Source: Phycisphaeraceae bacterium (lineage in GTDB: Bacteria; Planctomycetota; Phycisphaerae; Phycisphaerales; Phycisphaeraceae). From it: 64,000 nucleotides of DNA. Where the stretch lies: contig OY771506.1 in NCBI GenBank assembly GCA_963674705.1, forward strand, positions 1,984,001 through 2,048,000, given 5' to 3'. Shown here one piece after another: positions 9,106 to 18,648 of this stretch. The notes under the pieces are model-generated. The model had not been told where the DNA came from. It saw only the letters and a program-made list of their open reading frames with translations, and ran no database searches. Position 1 is the first letter of the stretch. Every line of letters starts with the position of its first letter. The position numbers and the translations under genes are program-made.

Positions 9106-11007
9106 ATGAAGCAGAATGCGATCTACCAGATGATGGCGCAGATGATTGCGTGTGTTGTTGGTGCATTCGCTGTGGGTGTGAGTGTGCTAATTGGGTTTGC
9201 CGGGCTGGGTTTGTTGTCGCACATCAAGTACGCCTTTGCCACCAATCTTTGTCTTAATGAGATGCTACATGATTCGCTGGCGGGCAGGTCGTTGTGGGGT
9301 CGGGTGTCGGAAGTGAACAGCATGGGTTCGCCATGGCACATCGACATCTACCCGACCATTTCGCATGTTTTATATTCTGGTTCAGTGTTCCACTGGATTC
9401 TGTTGCTCGGTGGGTTAGTGGTCGGCCTGTTCCTGGCGATCATCTTTATGATGTTAAAACGAACGGCACGGATTGCTCGTCTTGCTGATAAGACGCAGCA
9501 GCAGCTTATCCGTGAGTTGGACCTACAGAAGCGAGCGTTGGATGAACACTCGATTGTCGCCATCACTGACGGCAAAGGTGTGATTAACTATGTCAATGAT
9601 AAGTTCTGCAAGATGACAAAGTTCAGCCGAGAGGAGTTGATCGGCAAGACATACCGGGTCGTCAATTCGGGCCGCCACTCTAAAGCTTTTTATGATGACT
9701 TCTGGGAGACTATTTCGAGCGGTGAAGTCTGGCAAGGCGAGGTGTGTAACCGTGCGAAGGATGGCAGTCTATTCTGGGTCGAGACAACGATTGTTCCACT
9801 TCAAGATGAGCATGGCAATATCATCCAATACACTGGTATCCACACGGATATCACAAAAAGCAAGCATATCGAAATGAATCTCAGGCAGAGCGAGCAAAAG
9901 AATCGCGCCCTGATCGACCAGACCTACCAGTTCATGGGACTGCTTGATATCGAGGGTCGGGTGCTTGATGCCAATCGTACAGCGCTCTCATTCGCGGGCG
10001 CTACGATGGATGATGTTTACGAGAAGTTTTTCTGGGAGACACCCTGGTGGGCTCACTCTCCGGTGATGCAGGCATATATCCGCGACATGGTTAATCGTGC
10101 TGCGCAAGGTGAGGCGGTGCGGACCGAAGTGACACACCAGGATGCGCAGGGCCAGGTGCGTATCGTGGACTTTTCCATTAAACCCATACGCAATGAAGAG
10201 GGGGCCATCACATGGCTGCTGCCGGAGGGCACTGATATTACCGAACATGTGAACACCGAGAACAAGCTCAAGCAAATTAATGACAAGCTCGTTTCAACGA
10301 ATGCGGAGCTTGAGCAGTTTGTCTACACGGTTTCGCATGACCTGAAGTCGCCGATCGTGACGCAGATGGGTTACATCGGATGTCTTAAGGAGGACCTGGA
10401 TAATGGTAACTACGAGCAGTTAGCCGAATCGATTGATCGGATCGAGAAGGCAACCACCCGGCTTAAGATCAGCGTTGAGGACCTTCTGGAGCTGGCGCGG
10501 ATCGGCCGGATGAATACCGATCGGGAGGCGGTCAAGGTTGGGCCGCTATTGCAGGAAGTGCGTGCTGATCTGGCCGGGATTTTGTCGGAGAAAAAAGTCG
10601 AATTGATTGTTGATGATCCGATGCCGACCGTCGTAGTGAATCGGCGTCGGATGTCTGAAATTTTTGAGAACCTGATCCATAACGCGATCAAGTACGGCTG
10701 CGATGAAAACGGCGGGACGGTCCACATCGGCTGCGATCAGACCGAAGAGGAGACACGTCTGTTCATCCGCGACCAGGGCCCGGGTATCGCGCCGGAGTAC
10801 CATCACAAGGTCTTTGGAATCTTTCAGCGGCTTAATCCGAGTCAGACGGAAGGTACCGGCATCGGTCTGACTATCGTTAAAAGGATCATGGATGAAGTCG
10901 GGGGGCGAGTCTGGGTCGAGTCGACGCCCGGCGAGGGGGCGACGTTCTGGCTGGCGTTTCCTGTCACATCCAAGCCGACTTCAGTGCCGGTCCGGGAAAC
11001 CGCATAG
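9106..11007 (+). CDS. Membrane PAS/PAC sensor histidine kinase
   Basis: Two TM segments, two PAS-PAC domains, H-box SHDLKSP, NLIHNAIKY, DQGPGI, GTGIGL. Confidence 0.93.
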   Translation: MKQNAIYQMMAQMIACVVGAFAVGVSVLIGFAGLGLLSHIKYAFATNLCLNEMLHDSLAGRSLWGRVSEVNSMGSPWHIDIYPTISHVLYSGSVFHWILLLGGLVVGLFLAIIFMMLKRTARIARLADKTQQQLIRELDLQKRALDEHSIVAITDGKGVINYVNDKFCKMTKFSREELIGKTYRVVNSGRHSKAFYDDFWETISSGEVWQGEVCNRAKDGSLFWVETTIVPLQDEHGNIIQYTGIHTDITKSKHIEMNLRQSEQKNRALIDQTYQFMGLLDIEGRVLDANRTALSFAGATMDDVYEKFFWETPWWAHSPVMQAYIRDMVNRAAQGEAVRTEVTHQDAQGQVRIVDFSIKPIRNEEGAITWLLPEGTDITEHVNTENKLKQINDKLVSTNAELEQFVYTVSHDLKSPIVTQMGYIGCLKEDLDNGNYEQLAESIDRIEKATTRLKISVEDLLELARIGRMNTDREAVKVGPLLQEVRADLAGILSEKKVELIVDDPMPTVVVNRRRMSEIFENLIHNAIKYGCDENGGTVHIGCDQTEEETRLFIRDQGPGIAPEYHHKVFGIFQRLNPSQTEGTGIGLTIVKRIMDEVGGRVWVESTPGEGATFWLAFPVTSKPTSVPVRETA

Positions 11008-11336
11008 GCATCAGTATCACCTAATCTGAATCAGTCAGTAGGCTGAGATTCAGCAGAGTCGCAGTGGTGGGGATCTTTGATCATGGATATTCACAGCACG
11101 TTTGCTTAGCCGACGTGTTGCCTTCCAGGGCGTACTGAACCCACCCATAACAGGCTTGGCGAATCCCACGCTCCCGCACGGGGCTGCCGGCAATCCTGCG
11201 CCACGACAGACCCGTCGCAATGCCACACCACATGGGTTCAACCTCTAAATTCAGTCATGATCAGGCCAAACCCGTCAGCCACGGCACAAAGCCCAATGCC
11301 CGAAGCCCGAACCTGATCGCCCCCCGATCCTGGGAA

Positions 11337-11369
11337 AGGACATCTAATATAACTTATATTAGATGTCCT
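11337..11369. repeat. Perfect 33-bp palindrome (16-bp arms, 1-nt centre)
   Basis: AGGACATCTAATATAA-C-TTATATTAGATGTCCT. Confidence 0.85.
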
Positions 11370-11748
11370 ATGGCAAAGCCCGCTTGATCAGGGAGGGGCG
11401 GGTTGGTGTGTTTCGGGGGTTGGCGGGTCCGATCTGGTGGAAAGTGCTGACGCGACAGCCAAAGGTAATGGCGATTCAGCCGAAAGTGCCGACGCGATAG
11501 CGGAAGAAGTTCCGGGCCGAGGCCGGTCTTACGTGCAATCTAAATCCAACCATAACGGGTGCTACGCATGGATTATGTACGCTCAAAAGGTAACCCGGGT
11601 GAGTTTTTTTGGCATCGTTCTGTTACCGGTTGACGACGGGCGTGTTAGCTATTACATACAAGTGAATGTGCACAAATACATGTAAATAATCATTTTATGA
11701 ATATATTTTTGATGTAGTTAGTGACACGTTTCTGGGGCTATACCGTGT

Positions 11749-11800
11749 TGGTGAAATTTTTCACAATATGCTTGAATAGTTCATTTAACTGTGGTATCCT
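11749..11800 (+). promoter_or_regulatory. Sigma70-type promoter with upstream palindromic operator candidate
   Basis: GTGAAATTTTTCAC at 11751-11764; TTGAAT-17bp-TATCCT with extended TG; conserved at 15274-15323. Confidence 0.7.
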
Positions 11801-11873
11801 CAGGTCATCTTGAGTCGGGTCCGAGGCCCGGCTGTTGGTTTACGCTTCACTTATCGCACTTGGAGAAAGCAAC

Positions 11874-12449
11874 ATGTCACGATCTCTACTTACCACGACT
11901 CTGGTCACCGCCATTTCAATCATGACCTTCCAACCTTGCTCCGCGGCTGTCATCGACACGCTTGATACCGCCGATGGTTTCAATGACAGCTTCAATGGGA
12001 CCACCGCCGTCGCGAACGGTGATGGCACGGTGACACTCACAAGAACCGTTGCCAGCGTGGATGCCGGCATCAACTGGACCGACATGGGCTCGAAGATTCA
12101 GCTAACCGGGCAGAACGTATTGCAACTCACGCCTTCGGCGGCGGTTAACGGCGGGTACTACGGCGTCAACATCCTGTTCTTTGATGCTGCGGATCAATAT
12201 CTGTCAGAGAAGGTGTGGATCACAGATACGAACGACACCGCAATGCAGCAGTTGAGTGACATTCAGGCGTTAGCGGGTGATCCGAATGCCGCGAGTTTTG
12301 TGCTGCGGTTCCGCATCCAGCCATGGGGCCAGGCCGGCGCAGCGTTTACATTCGATCAGATCGAGGTCGTGCCGGAGCCTGCGTCGCTCGCTCTATTGAC
12401 GATCGGCGGTTTGCTGATGATGCGTCGGACCGGCAGCCGTGCGGTCTGA
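11874..12449 (+). CDS. Small secreted PEP-CTERM protein (probable beta-sandwich, non-catalytic)
   Basis: SD GGAG, signal peptide, VPEPASL-TM-RR; paralog of 15397-16083. Confidence 0.85.
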   Translation: MSRSLLTTTLVTAISIMTFQPCSAAVIDTLDTADGFNDSFNGTTAVANGDGTVTLTRTVASVDAGINWTDMGSKIQLTGQNVLQLTPSAAVNGGYYGVNILFFDAADQYLSEKVWITDTNDTAMQQLSDIQALAGDPNAASFVLRFRIQPWGQAGAAFTFDQIEVVPEPASLALLTIGGLLMMRRTGSRAV

Positions 12450-12533
12450 GATTCGTTGCGTCAGTTAAGCACCTGAAGTTGTATTAAAGTTTGTACTACG
12501 GAATAATCGAAGCATATTGAAGGATCGAGCGGC

Positions 12534-13271
12534 ATGGTCGTTTCCAAACAACATCGTCGGGCGTTTACACTGATTGAACTGCTGGTTGTGATCTCGATCA
12601 TCGCGTTGCTGGTCGGGATCCTGTTGCCGGCCCTGGGCGCGGCGAGGGCATCTGCCCGAAGAGTGGCCTGTGCATCGAATGTGCGTCAGGTTATGCTTGC
12701 GATCACGATGTATGCGGACAACTTTGACCAGGTGCTGCCGCCATTGCGTAGCGGCCCCTCCCTCTCTGATTGGAACGACTGGTCCGGGGTGTTGGTTGAT
12801 GGCGGGGTCGTCAGCGATGAAAGAATGTTTAAATGTCCGGACGACCAGGTGGAGCGCAATCCCCTGTACGAAGATGAATCCGACCGCAGTTATGCGGCGA
12901 ACGACATGCGGTTTAATTATGTGTATCTGACCGCGAACGATTACCGCTCCCCCTGGCCGTTCTATATCGACAACAACCGGACTTATAACGGCATGCCTCC
13001 GGCCAGGTTTGATGAAGTGCCTGCGCATGTCTTCATCATCGGTGAAAACTACAGCGAGCCGACCCTTGCCGGATCGGGCGCCAAGGTGCACAGGCCTGAG
13101 TTTGAATCCATGATGTTCAAAGCCGCGAAGGTCCACGGCGAAACCGGGGGGAACTACGGCTTCGGTGACGGGCACGTCGCGTTCATGAGTTATGAAGATG
13201 TCTCTGAGCTTCGGCCCGACACGCCCTACGGCAAGGACCTGAACGATCACTGGAAGTGGTTGGATCGATAA
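12534..13271 (+). CDS. Prepilin-type N-terminal cleavage/methylation protein (DUF1559-like, H-X9-DG)
   Basis: [55 protein letters not shown]. Confidence 0.92.
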   Translation: MVVSKQHRRAFTLIELLVVISIIALLVGILLPALGAARASARRVACASNVRQVMLAITMYADNFDQVLPPLRSGPSLSDWNDWSGVLVDGGVVSDERMFKCPDDQVERNPLYEDESDRSYAANDMRFNYVYLTANDYRSPWPFYIDNNRTYNGMPPARFDEVPAHVFIIGENYSEPTLAGSGAKVHRPEFESMMFKAAKVHGETGGNYGFGDGHVAFMSYEDVSELRPDTPYGKDLNDHWKWLDR

Positions 13272-13328
13272 CGATTGCACTTCGCATCATTACCCTGATT
13301 GTGTTTTCTTAGATTCAAAGGAAGCATT

Positions 13329-15176
13329 ATGCCTCACGCCTTTGGCCGCATCGTATTAGCACTGACCGTGCCGGCTTGCCTGCTGTTTGCTCCCTCCGTT
13401 ACTTCTGCGGGTGATCCGACTGCGATTGGTGTATTGGTTCCGTGGTACGGCGACGGCGACGCGGAAGGCTGGCACAACTGGGCGGCGATGGGGCACGACC
13501 CGGATCAGATTGTTGACGGCCGACGTGATATCGCTTCGGCGCATTATCCCCTGATGGGGCCGTACAAATCACACGAAGGCAACACCGAGAACTGGCAGCT
13601 CGCTTACGCTGAGGCGATGGGGCTGGATGTGTTGTTGATTGATTACTACACGCAGAACCTGCCCGGCAAGTCTGTTTATTACGACTACACCGTTGACATG
13701 CTGGACAAGGCTGGCGGCAGCGAGCTAAAGATCGCGATGCAGTACGAGCCGAAGATCCACACGCAGAACTGGGTGCGTAATTACAACGGCGATCGCGCGG
13801 CGATGGTGGCGGCGGTGAAAGATGACCTGCGTCATATCTATGACGTGTTGGCGGCCAAGCCATCCTATTGGCGCGTCGACGGCAAACCCGTGGTGCAAGT
13901 GTTCGGCCAGACATGGACCCTTACCGCGGTGGAGTGGGTCGACGTTGTATCTACTCTCAACTCAGAAGGTCGAGAGCTTTATTACATGGGCGACGCGGTT
14001 GGCGGTGGTGATCTGGCAAACTGGTACCCGCAATTCCAATCGCACTTGAACTGGAGTCTGTACTACGAAAGTATCGAAGGCGCGCAGGGTTGGGATGCAA
14101 ACTACGGCTTTGCCCACAGCGTTAACAGTCAGCCGTTGAACTGGGCGTCGGCCGGCGCGAACCGCCAGGCGGTGGGTATTGCCTGGGCGGGTTTCGATGA
14201 CAGCGGTGTTGATGGTTGGGGGTCGGGCACACGTTTCGTCGACCGGGATAACGGCTCGTTCTACCGTGCCAGTCTTTCAGCATTGAACAATCTTAATCAT
14301 GAGTGGCGCGTCTTTACGACGCTCAACGACTGGAACGAAGGGACCGAACTGGAGCCGTCCTTTGAGTACGGCTATCAGTACGCGATAGAAACACTCAAAC
14401 ACATCGAAGCCTGGAAGGGGATTGATCTGGATGAGGATGCGTTGCAGGACGTCACCGAAACATATTTTCCGGATCTGGTAAGTCAGTGGGATCATGGGGA
14501 CGATCTGGCCATGCTAAATGCTTCTGCGTCGGTGGCGGTCGATGCTGCAAATCCGGAGGCATTCGATGGAGATGCGGGGCGTTTCTGTCGGGACGGTGAA
14601 GGTTCGGCGTATATCCAGTACGTGTTGGCGGATGACATTGGGGGCTTTCGTATATCGGGCTGGTCTGAGTCTGATGCGCCGCAGTCGCACATGTTGTTCT
14701 TCAGCTCAGCGGACGGCATCAACTGGACATCGCTTACGACGACGGTGACGGATAAGGGCGGCGACGCATGGACACGGCATCTATATAAAAGCGACGGCTC
14801 ATTACCCGCGGGGCACAGGTACCTGCGCATACAGTGGCCGCAGACCGATGGGCCGAACGATGTCACGCAGATCGGGGAAGTGAAACTCTACGACACACAG
14901 ATGATGCCCATTTATCGTCTGGCGGGTGATATTGATGGTGATGGCTATGTCGGGCTTAGTGACCTCGATCTCGTGCTGGCCAACTGGAATACTTCGGTGT
15001 CGTCAGAATACGCAAACGTTGATGTTTCGGGTGACGGCTTTATTGGTCTGGATGACCTGGACATCGTGCTTAATCATTGGAATCTGGCAACGCCACCGCT
15101 GATTGGCGCGACCCCCGAGCCATGCAGCCTGGGTCTATTTACCTGTAGTGCGGGCTTGATGCTGCTGCACCGATGA
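13329..15176 (+). CDS. Secreted GH71/GH99-like glycoside hydrolase with beta-sandwich domain, dockerin-like pair and PEP-CTERM
   Basis: PWY, HYPLMGPY, YWRVDGKPVV, GFDDS, NDWNEGTELEPS; two GDxxGDG.VGL.DLD repeats; TPEP tail. Confidence 0.8.
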   Translation: MPHAFGRIVLALTVPACLLFAPSVTSAGDPTAIGVLVPWYGDGDAEGWHNWAAMGHDPDQIVDGRRDIASAHYPLMGPYKSHEGNTENWQLAYAEAMGLDVLLIDYYTQNLPGKSVYYDYTVDMLDKAGGSELKIAMQYEPKIHTQNWVRNYNGDRAAMVAAVKDDLRHIYDVLAAKPSYWRVDGKPVVQVFGQTWTLTAVEWVDVVSTLNSEGRELYYMGDAVGGGDLANWYPQFQSHLNWSLYYESIEGAQGWDANYGFAHSVNSQPLNWASAGANRQAVGIAWAGFDDSGVDGWGSGTRFVDRDNGSFYRASLSALNNLNHEWRVFTTLNDWNEGTELEPSFEYGYQYAIETLKHIEAWKGIDLDEDALQDVTETYFPDLVSQWDHGDDLAMLNASASVAVDAANPEAFDGDAGRFCRDGEGSAYIQYVLADDIGGFRISGWSESDAPQSHMLFFSSADGINWTSLTTTVTDKGGDAWTRHLYKSDGSLPAGHRYLRIQWPQTDGPNDVTQIGEVKLYDTQMMPIYRLAGDIDGDGYVGLSDLDLVLANWNTSVSSEYANVDVSGDGFIGLDDLDIVLNHWNLATPPLIGATPEPCSLGLFTCSAGLMLLHR

Positions 15177-15273
15177 TCAATATGATCTAGAGGCAGGGGA
15201 TATGCCTGAAAACGGGGTTTATATCGTTATCTGACAATATCTTAAGTAAAATCGCTAACGCTCTCATCAAACA

Positions 15274-15323
15274 GTGAAATTTTTCATAACATGCTTGAAT
15301 AGTTCATTTTGGCGTGGTATGCT
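15274..15323 (+). promoter_or_regulatory. Duplicated promoter/operator
   Basis: GTGAAATTTTTCAT; TTGAAT-17bp-TATGCT; homologous to 11751-11800. Confidence 0.7.
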
Positions 15324-15396
15324 CAAGCTATCTGGGCCCGATCGTAAGGCCAGGCATTTGAATCACGCTTCCACCTTCGCACTTGGAGAAAGCACC

Positions 15397-16083
15397 ATGA
15401 CACGATCCCTGATCGCCGCAACCCTGGTCACCGCCTTTTCAATCGTGGCCACGCAGCCCTGTTACGCCGACGTCATCGACACGCTGGATACGGCCGATGG
15501 TTTCAACGACAGCTTCAACGGCACCACCGCTGTCGCGAACGGCGACGGTACGGTGACGCTTACCAGAACCGTTGCCAATGTCGATGCCGGTATCAACTGG
15601 ACGGATATGGGATACAAGATCCCGATCGGCACAGACAACATATTGCGTATCACACCGACCGAATCGGTGAACGGCGGGTTCTACGGCGTGACGCTGTTGG
15701 TGTTTGACACATCCGATCAGTTCCTTGCCGAAATGGTCTGGATCGGCGACACCGACAGCACCACGATCCAGGAAATGCCTGATGTTGCTGCATTCGTGGA
15801 CAATCCTAGTGCGGCGAGTTTTGTTTTGCGGTTCCGCATCCAGCCTTATGACCAGGCCAATGCTGCTTTCACGTTTGACCAGATCGAGGTGACAACCGAC
15901 TCATCTATCCCGGGCGACATTAATGGCGACGGGTTTGTCGGGCTGGATGACCTTGACATCGTCCTGAACAATTGGAACGCAGGCACGCCGCCGAACGGTG
16001 GCAGTCCTTCGATCCCCGAACCGGCATCCGTTGTGCTGCTAAGTTTGGGAGCAACCGCCTTGTTGCGTCAGCGTAGCGCATGA
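15397..16083 (+). CDS. PEP-CTERM protein, paralog of 11874, with single dockerin-like repeat
   Basis: Shared VIDTLDTADGFNDSFNGTTAVANGDGTVTLTRTV; GDINGDGFVGLDDLDIVLNNWN; IPEP. Confidence 0.88.
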   Translation: MTRSLIAATLVTAFSIVATQPCYADVIDTLDTADGFNDSFNGTTAVANGDGTVTLTRTVANVDAGINWTDMGYKIPIGTDNILRITPTESVNGGFYGVTLLVFDTSDQFLAEMVWIGDTDSTTIQEMPDVAAFVDNPSAASFVLRFRIQPYDQANAAFTFDQIEVTTDSSIPGDINGDGFVGLDDLDIVLNNWNAGTPPNGGSPSIPEPASVVLLSLGATALLRQRSA

Positions 16084-16123
16084 TGAGCTTGTATTGATCC
16101 TCCTGTAAGTGTTTGCCGAGTTG

Positions 16124-16162
16124 AGGTGGCCGGGTTTCCAATCGTGGGAGCCCGTCCCACCT
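16124..16162. terminator. Imperfect intergenic hairpin (terminator or mRNA stabiliser)
   Basis: AGGTGGCCGGGTTTCC...GGGAGCCCGTCCCACCT; no U-tract. Confidence 0.4.
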
Positions 16163-16300
16163 GAACATGATGTGTTGAACATTGCAGCAAGGGCGGTTGT
16201 TTATAGCTACGACTTATTGATCCACCCGGTGTGTCGCGCCCGAATCAGTACCCGTGTTGGCCCGGCAGGTTATGCCAAAGCCTGAGACTTCGATCGGTAA

Positions 16301-17764
16301 ATGATGGTGTTACGACGAAGAAATGTGTCGATCAGGTTATTGAGCGTTTGGCATCCCGGTTGGTATCTGTTGATCCTTGCGGTTGCCGGCCTGGTGTACC
16401 TGCTATTCAGTAGTAACGAGGAACGCTTGGATCAAACGCCGGGCGGCCGGGTGATCGTGCATTACTGGGAGAAGTGGCCTGGCTTTGAAGCAGAGGCGAT
16501 GCAGGCTGTGGTTGAAGATTTTAACGCGTCGCAAGACCGCATCTATGTGAAGATGTTGTCGGTCAGCGGGGTCGATCAGAAGTTGTTGCTGGCGACGGCG
16601 GGGGGGAATCCGCCTGATGTTGCGGGGCTGTGGACGCGGTCGGTTCCTGTCTTTGCGGAAAAGGGGGCGCTTGTTCCCCTTGATCCTTATCTGAACCATG
16701 AGGGGATTACCGAAGCGGATTACATCCCGTCGATCTGGGCGTGTTGTCAGCACCGGGGATTTACCTGGGCGTTACCCACAACGCCGGCATCGGTGGCGCT
16801 GCATTGGAACAAGCGGTTGTTTGTAGAAGCGGGGCTCGATCCCGAGAAGCCGCCGACCAGTATTGCCGAACTCGAAACCATGGCGGAGCAACTCACGATT
16901 GTTGAGTTGAAACGAGGTGGTGAATCGGTTCGCGTGCGATTCACGGAACTATCTGAAGCCGAACGTGAGCGAAAAGACTTTCGGATCATTCAGCTTGGTC
17001 ATTCACCGATGGTGCCGGGCTGGTGGACGCCCATGTGGGGGTATTGGTTCGGCGGAGCACTTTCGGAAGATGAGCGAACAATTACCGCGGCGGATGCGCA
17101 GAATGTAAAAGCGTATGAATGGTTTGCCGGCTATTCACAGAAGTATGGCAAGCGGAACCTGGATGCATTCGGCGCATCGTTCGGCAACGTCGCTTCGCCA
17201 CAGGACCCGTTTCTGAGTGGCCAGGTAGCGATGGTGTTGCAAGGTGTGTGGATGTACAACTTCATCGATCAATTCTCGCCGGGATTGCAGTGGGGGGCGG
17301 CGGCTTTCCCATCAGCGCTGCCTGAGGGTTCTGCGCCTGTGACGGTGATTGAATCGGATGTATTGGTCATCCCTCGCGGCGCAAAGCATCCGGATGAAGC
17401 ATTTGAGTTTATTTGTTACGTCAATTCGCAAGGCCCCATGGAGAAGCTTTGCCTGGGCCAACGCAAGTTCAGCCCACTTGCTGACGTTAGCGATTCGTTT
17501 GTCCGTGAGCATCCGAATCCGTTGATTCAAGTGTTCATGGACCTGGCAAACAGTCCGAATGCTGTATCTACGCCTCAGCTTTCGATATGGAATGAATATC
17601 AGGATGAGATGCAGGTAGCTGCGGATCGCATCAATGCGGGTTCGGCGACAGCCGGGCAAGCATTGGAAGAGGCGCAGCAGCGCGTGCAACGACGGTTGGA
17701 CCGGGTCGTGCGACGCTGGGACATGGTTCGCGATGAACGGTTAGCTGAATGGGGCGGGTCATGA
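16301..17764 (+). CDS. Carbohydrate ABC transporter substrate-binding protein
   Basis: N-terminal TM anchor; AGGNPPDV, LVPLD, WNKRLF..AGLDPEKPP, FLSGQVAM. Confidence 0.9.
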   Translation: MMVLRRRNVSIRLLSVWHPGWYLLILAVAGLVYLLFSSNEERLDQTPGGRVIVHYWEKWPGFEAEAMQAVVEDFNASQDRIYVKMLSVSGVDQKLLLATAGGNPPDVAGLWTRSVPVFAEKGALVPLDPYLNHEGITEADYIPSIWACCQHRGFTWALPTTPASVALHWNKRLFVEAGLDPEKPPTSIAELETMAEQLTIVELKRGGESVRVRFTELSEAERERKDFRIIQLGHSPMVPGWWTPMWGYWFGGALSEDERTITAADAQNVKAYEWFAGYSQKYGKRNLDAFGASFGNVASPQDPFLSGQVAMVLQGVWMYNFIDQFSPGLQWGAAAFPSALPEGSAPVTVIESDVLVIPRGAKHPDEAFEFICYVNSQGPMEKLCLGQRKFSPLADVSDSFVREHPNPLIQVFMDLANSPNAVSTPQLSIWNEYQDEMQVAADRINAGSATAGQALEEAQQRVQRRLDRVVRRWDMVRDERLAEWGGS

Positions 17765-18648
17765 CAAGCAGTGAACGTCACAACCTGATGAAAGGATTGG
17801 CTTTTATCAGCCCGTGGATCATCGGCTTTGCAGCATTCGGGCTGTACCCGTTGTGCATGTCGCTGTATTACTCGTTCTGTGATTACGATGTGCTCAATCG
17901 GCCGGTGTTCGTCGGAACGCTGAACTACCAGGACATGGTGGTAGATACGGTTTTCTGGAAGTCGCTCTATAACACGTTCTACTTTGCGCTGTTCTCGATC
18001 CCGTTGGGATTGATGCTGGCGCTATTGATTGCGGTGATGCTGAATCAGCAGATTCAGGCAAGGCCCGTATTCCGCACGGCGTACTACCTGCCTTCGATCG
18101 TCCCGTTGATTGGTGTGTCGATGATCTGGTTATGGCTGTTCAACGGCGATTACGGCCTTGTGAATTACGTGCTATCGTTGATCGGCTTGAAGGGGCCCGG
18201 TTGGCTTACGGATGAGGGGTGGGTGAAGCCGACGCTTGTGCTTTCGGGTGTCTGGCAGATTGGGGGGACGATCGTGATATTCCTGGCGGCGCTACAGGAT
18301 GTGCCCAGGTCTTTATATGAATCGGCGCAGATCGATGGTGCATCGGCTCCGACCAGGCTGATGCATATTACCGTGCCGATGATATCGCCGGCGATCTACT
18401 TCAACCTGGTGATTGGGATCATCGGAGCGATGCAGGAATTTGTCAGGCCGTTCGTGATGCTTGACGGGAGCGGGCCGAATCGCTCTGCCTTGTTCTTCGC
18501 GGTCAACCTGTACAAGAACGCTTTTTCTTACTTGAACATGGGCTACGCCTGCGCGATGGCCTGGGTGTTGTTCGTGATCATCATTGTCATGACGTGGGGG
18601 ACGACCCTAATGTCGCGCAGGTTTGTCTATTACGGGGGGGATGGATAA
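17761..18648 (+). CDS. Carbohydrate ABC permease 1
   Basis: FISPWIIGF, FLAALQDVPRSLYESAQIDGA, MGYACAMAW. Confidence 0.93.
   Translation: MTSSERHNLMKGLAFISPWIIGFAAFGLYPLCMSLYYSFCDYDVLNRPVFVGTLNYQDMVVDTVFWKSLYNTFYFALFSIPLGLMLALLIAVMLNQQIQARPVFRTAYYLPSIVPLIGVSMIWLWLFNGDYGLVNYVLSLIGLKGPGWLTDEGWVKPTLVLSGVWQIGGTIVIFLAALQDVPRSLYESAQIDGASAPTRLMHITVPMISPAIYFNLVIGIIGAMQEFVRPFVMLDGSGPNRSALFFAVNLYKNAFSYLNMGYACAMAWVLFVIIIVMTWGTTLMSRRFVYYGGDG

Noticed and set aside
12465..13280. Long antisense ORFs (also 60872-61642, 59174-59872, 22485-23309, 1708-2157 and others)
   Set aside because: They are shadows of well-supported genes on the opposite strand in GC-rich DNA and have no motifs.
11874..16083. Diversity-generating retroelement template/variable repeats in the duplicated PEP-CTERM genes
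   Set aside because: There is no reverse transcriptase, and the differences are mostly synonymous rather than adenine-specific, consistent with ordinary gene duplication.
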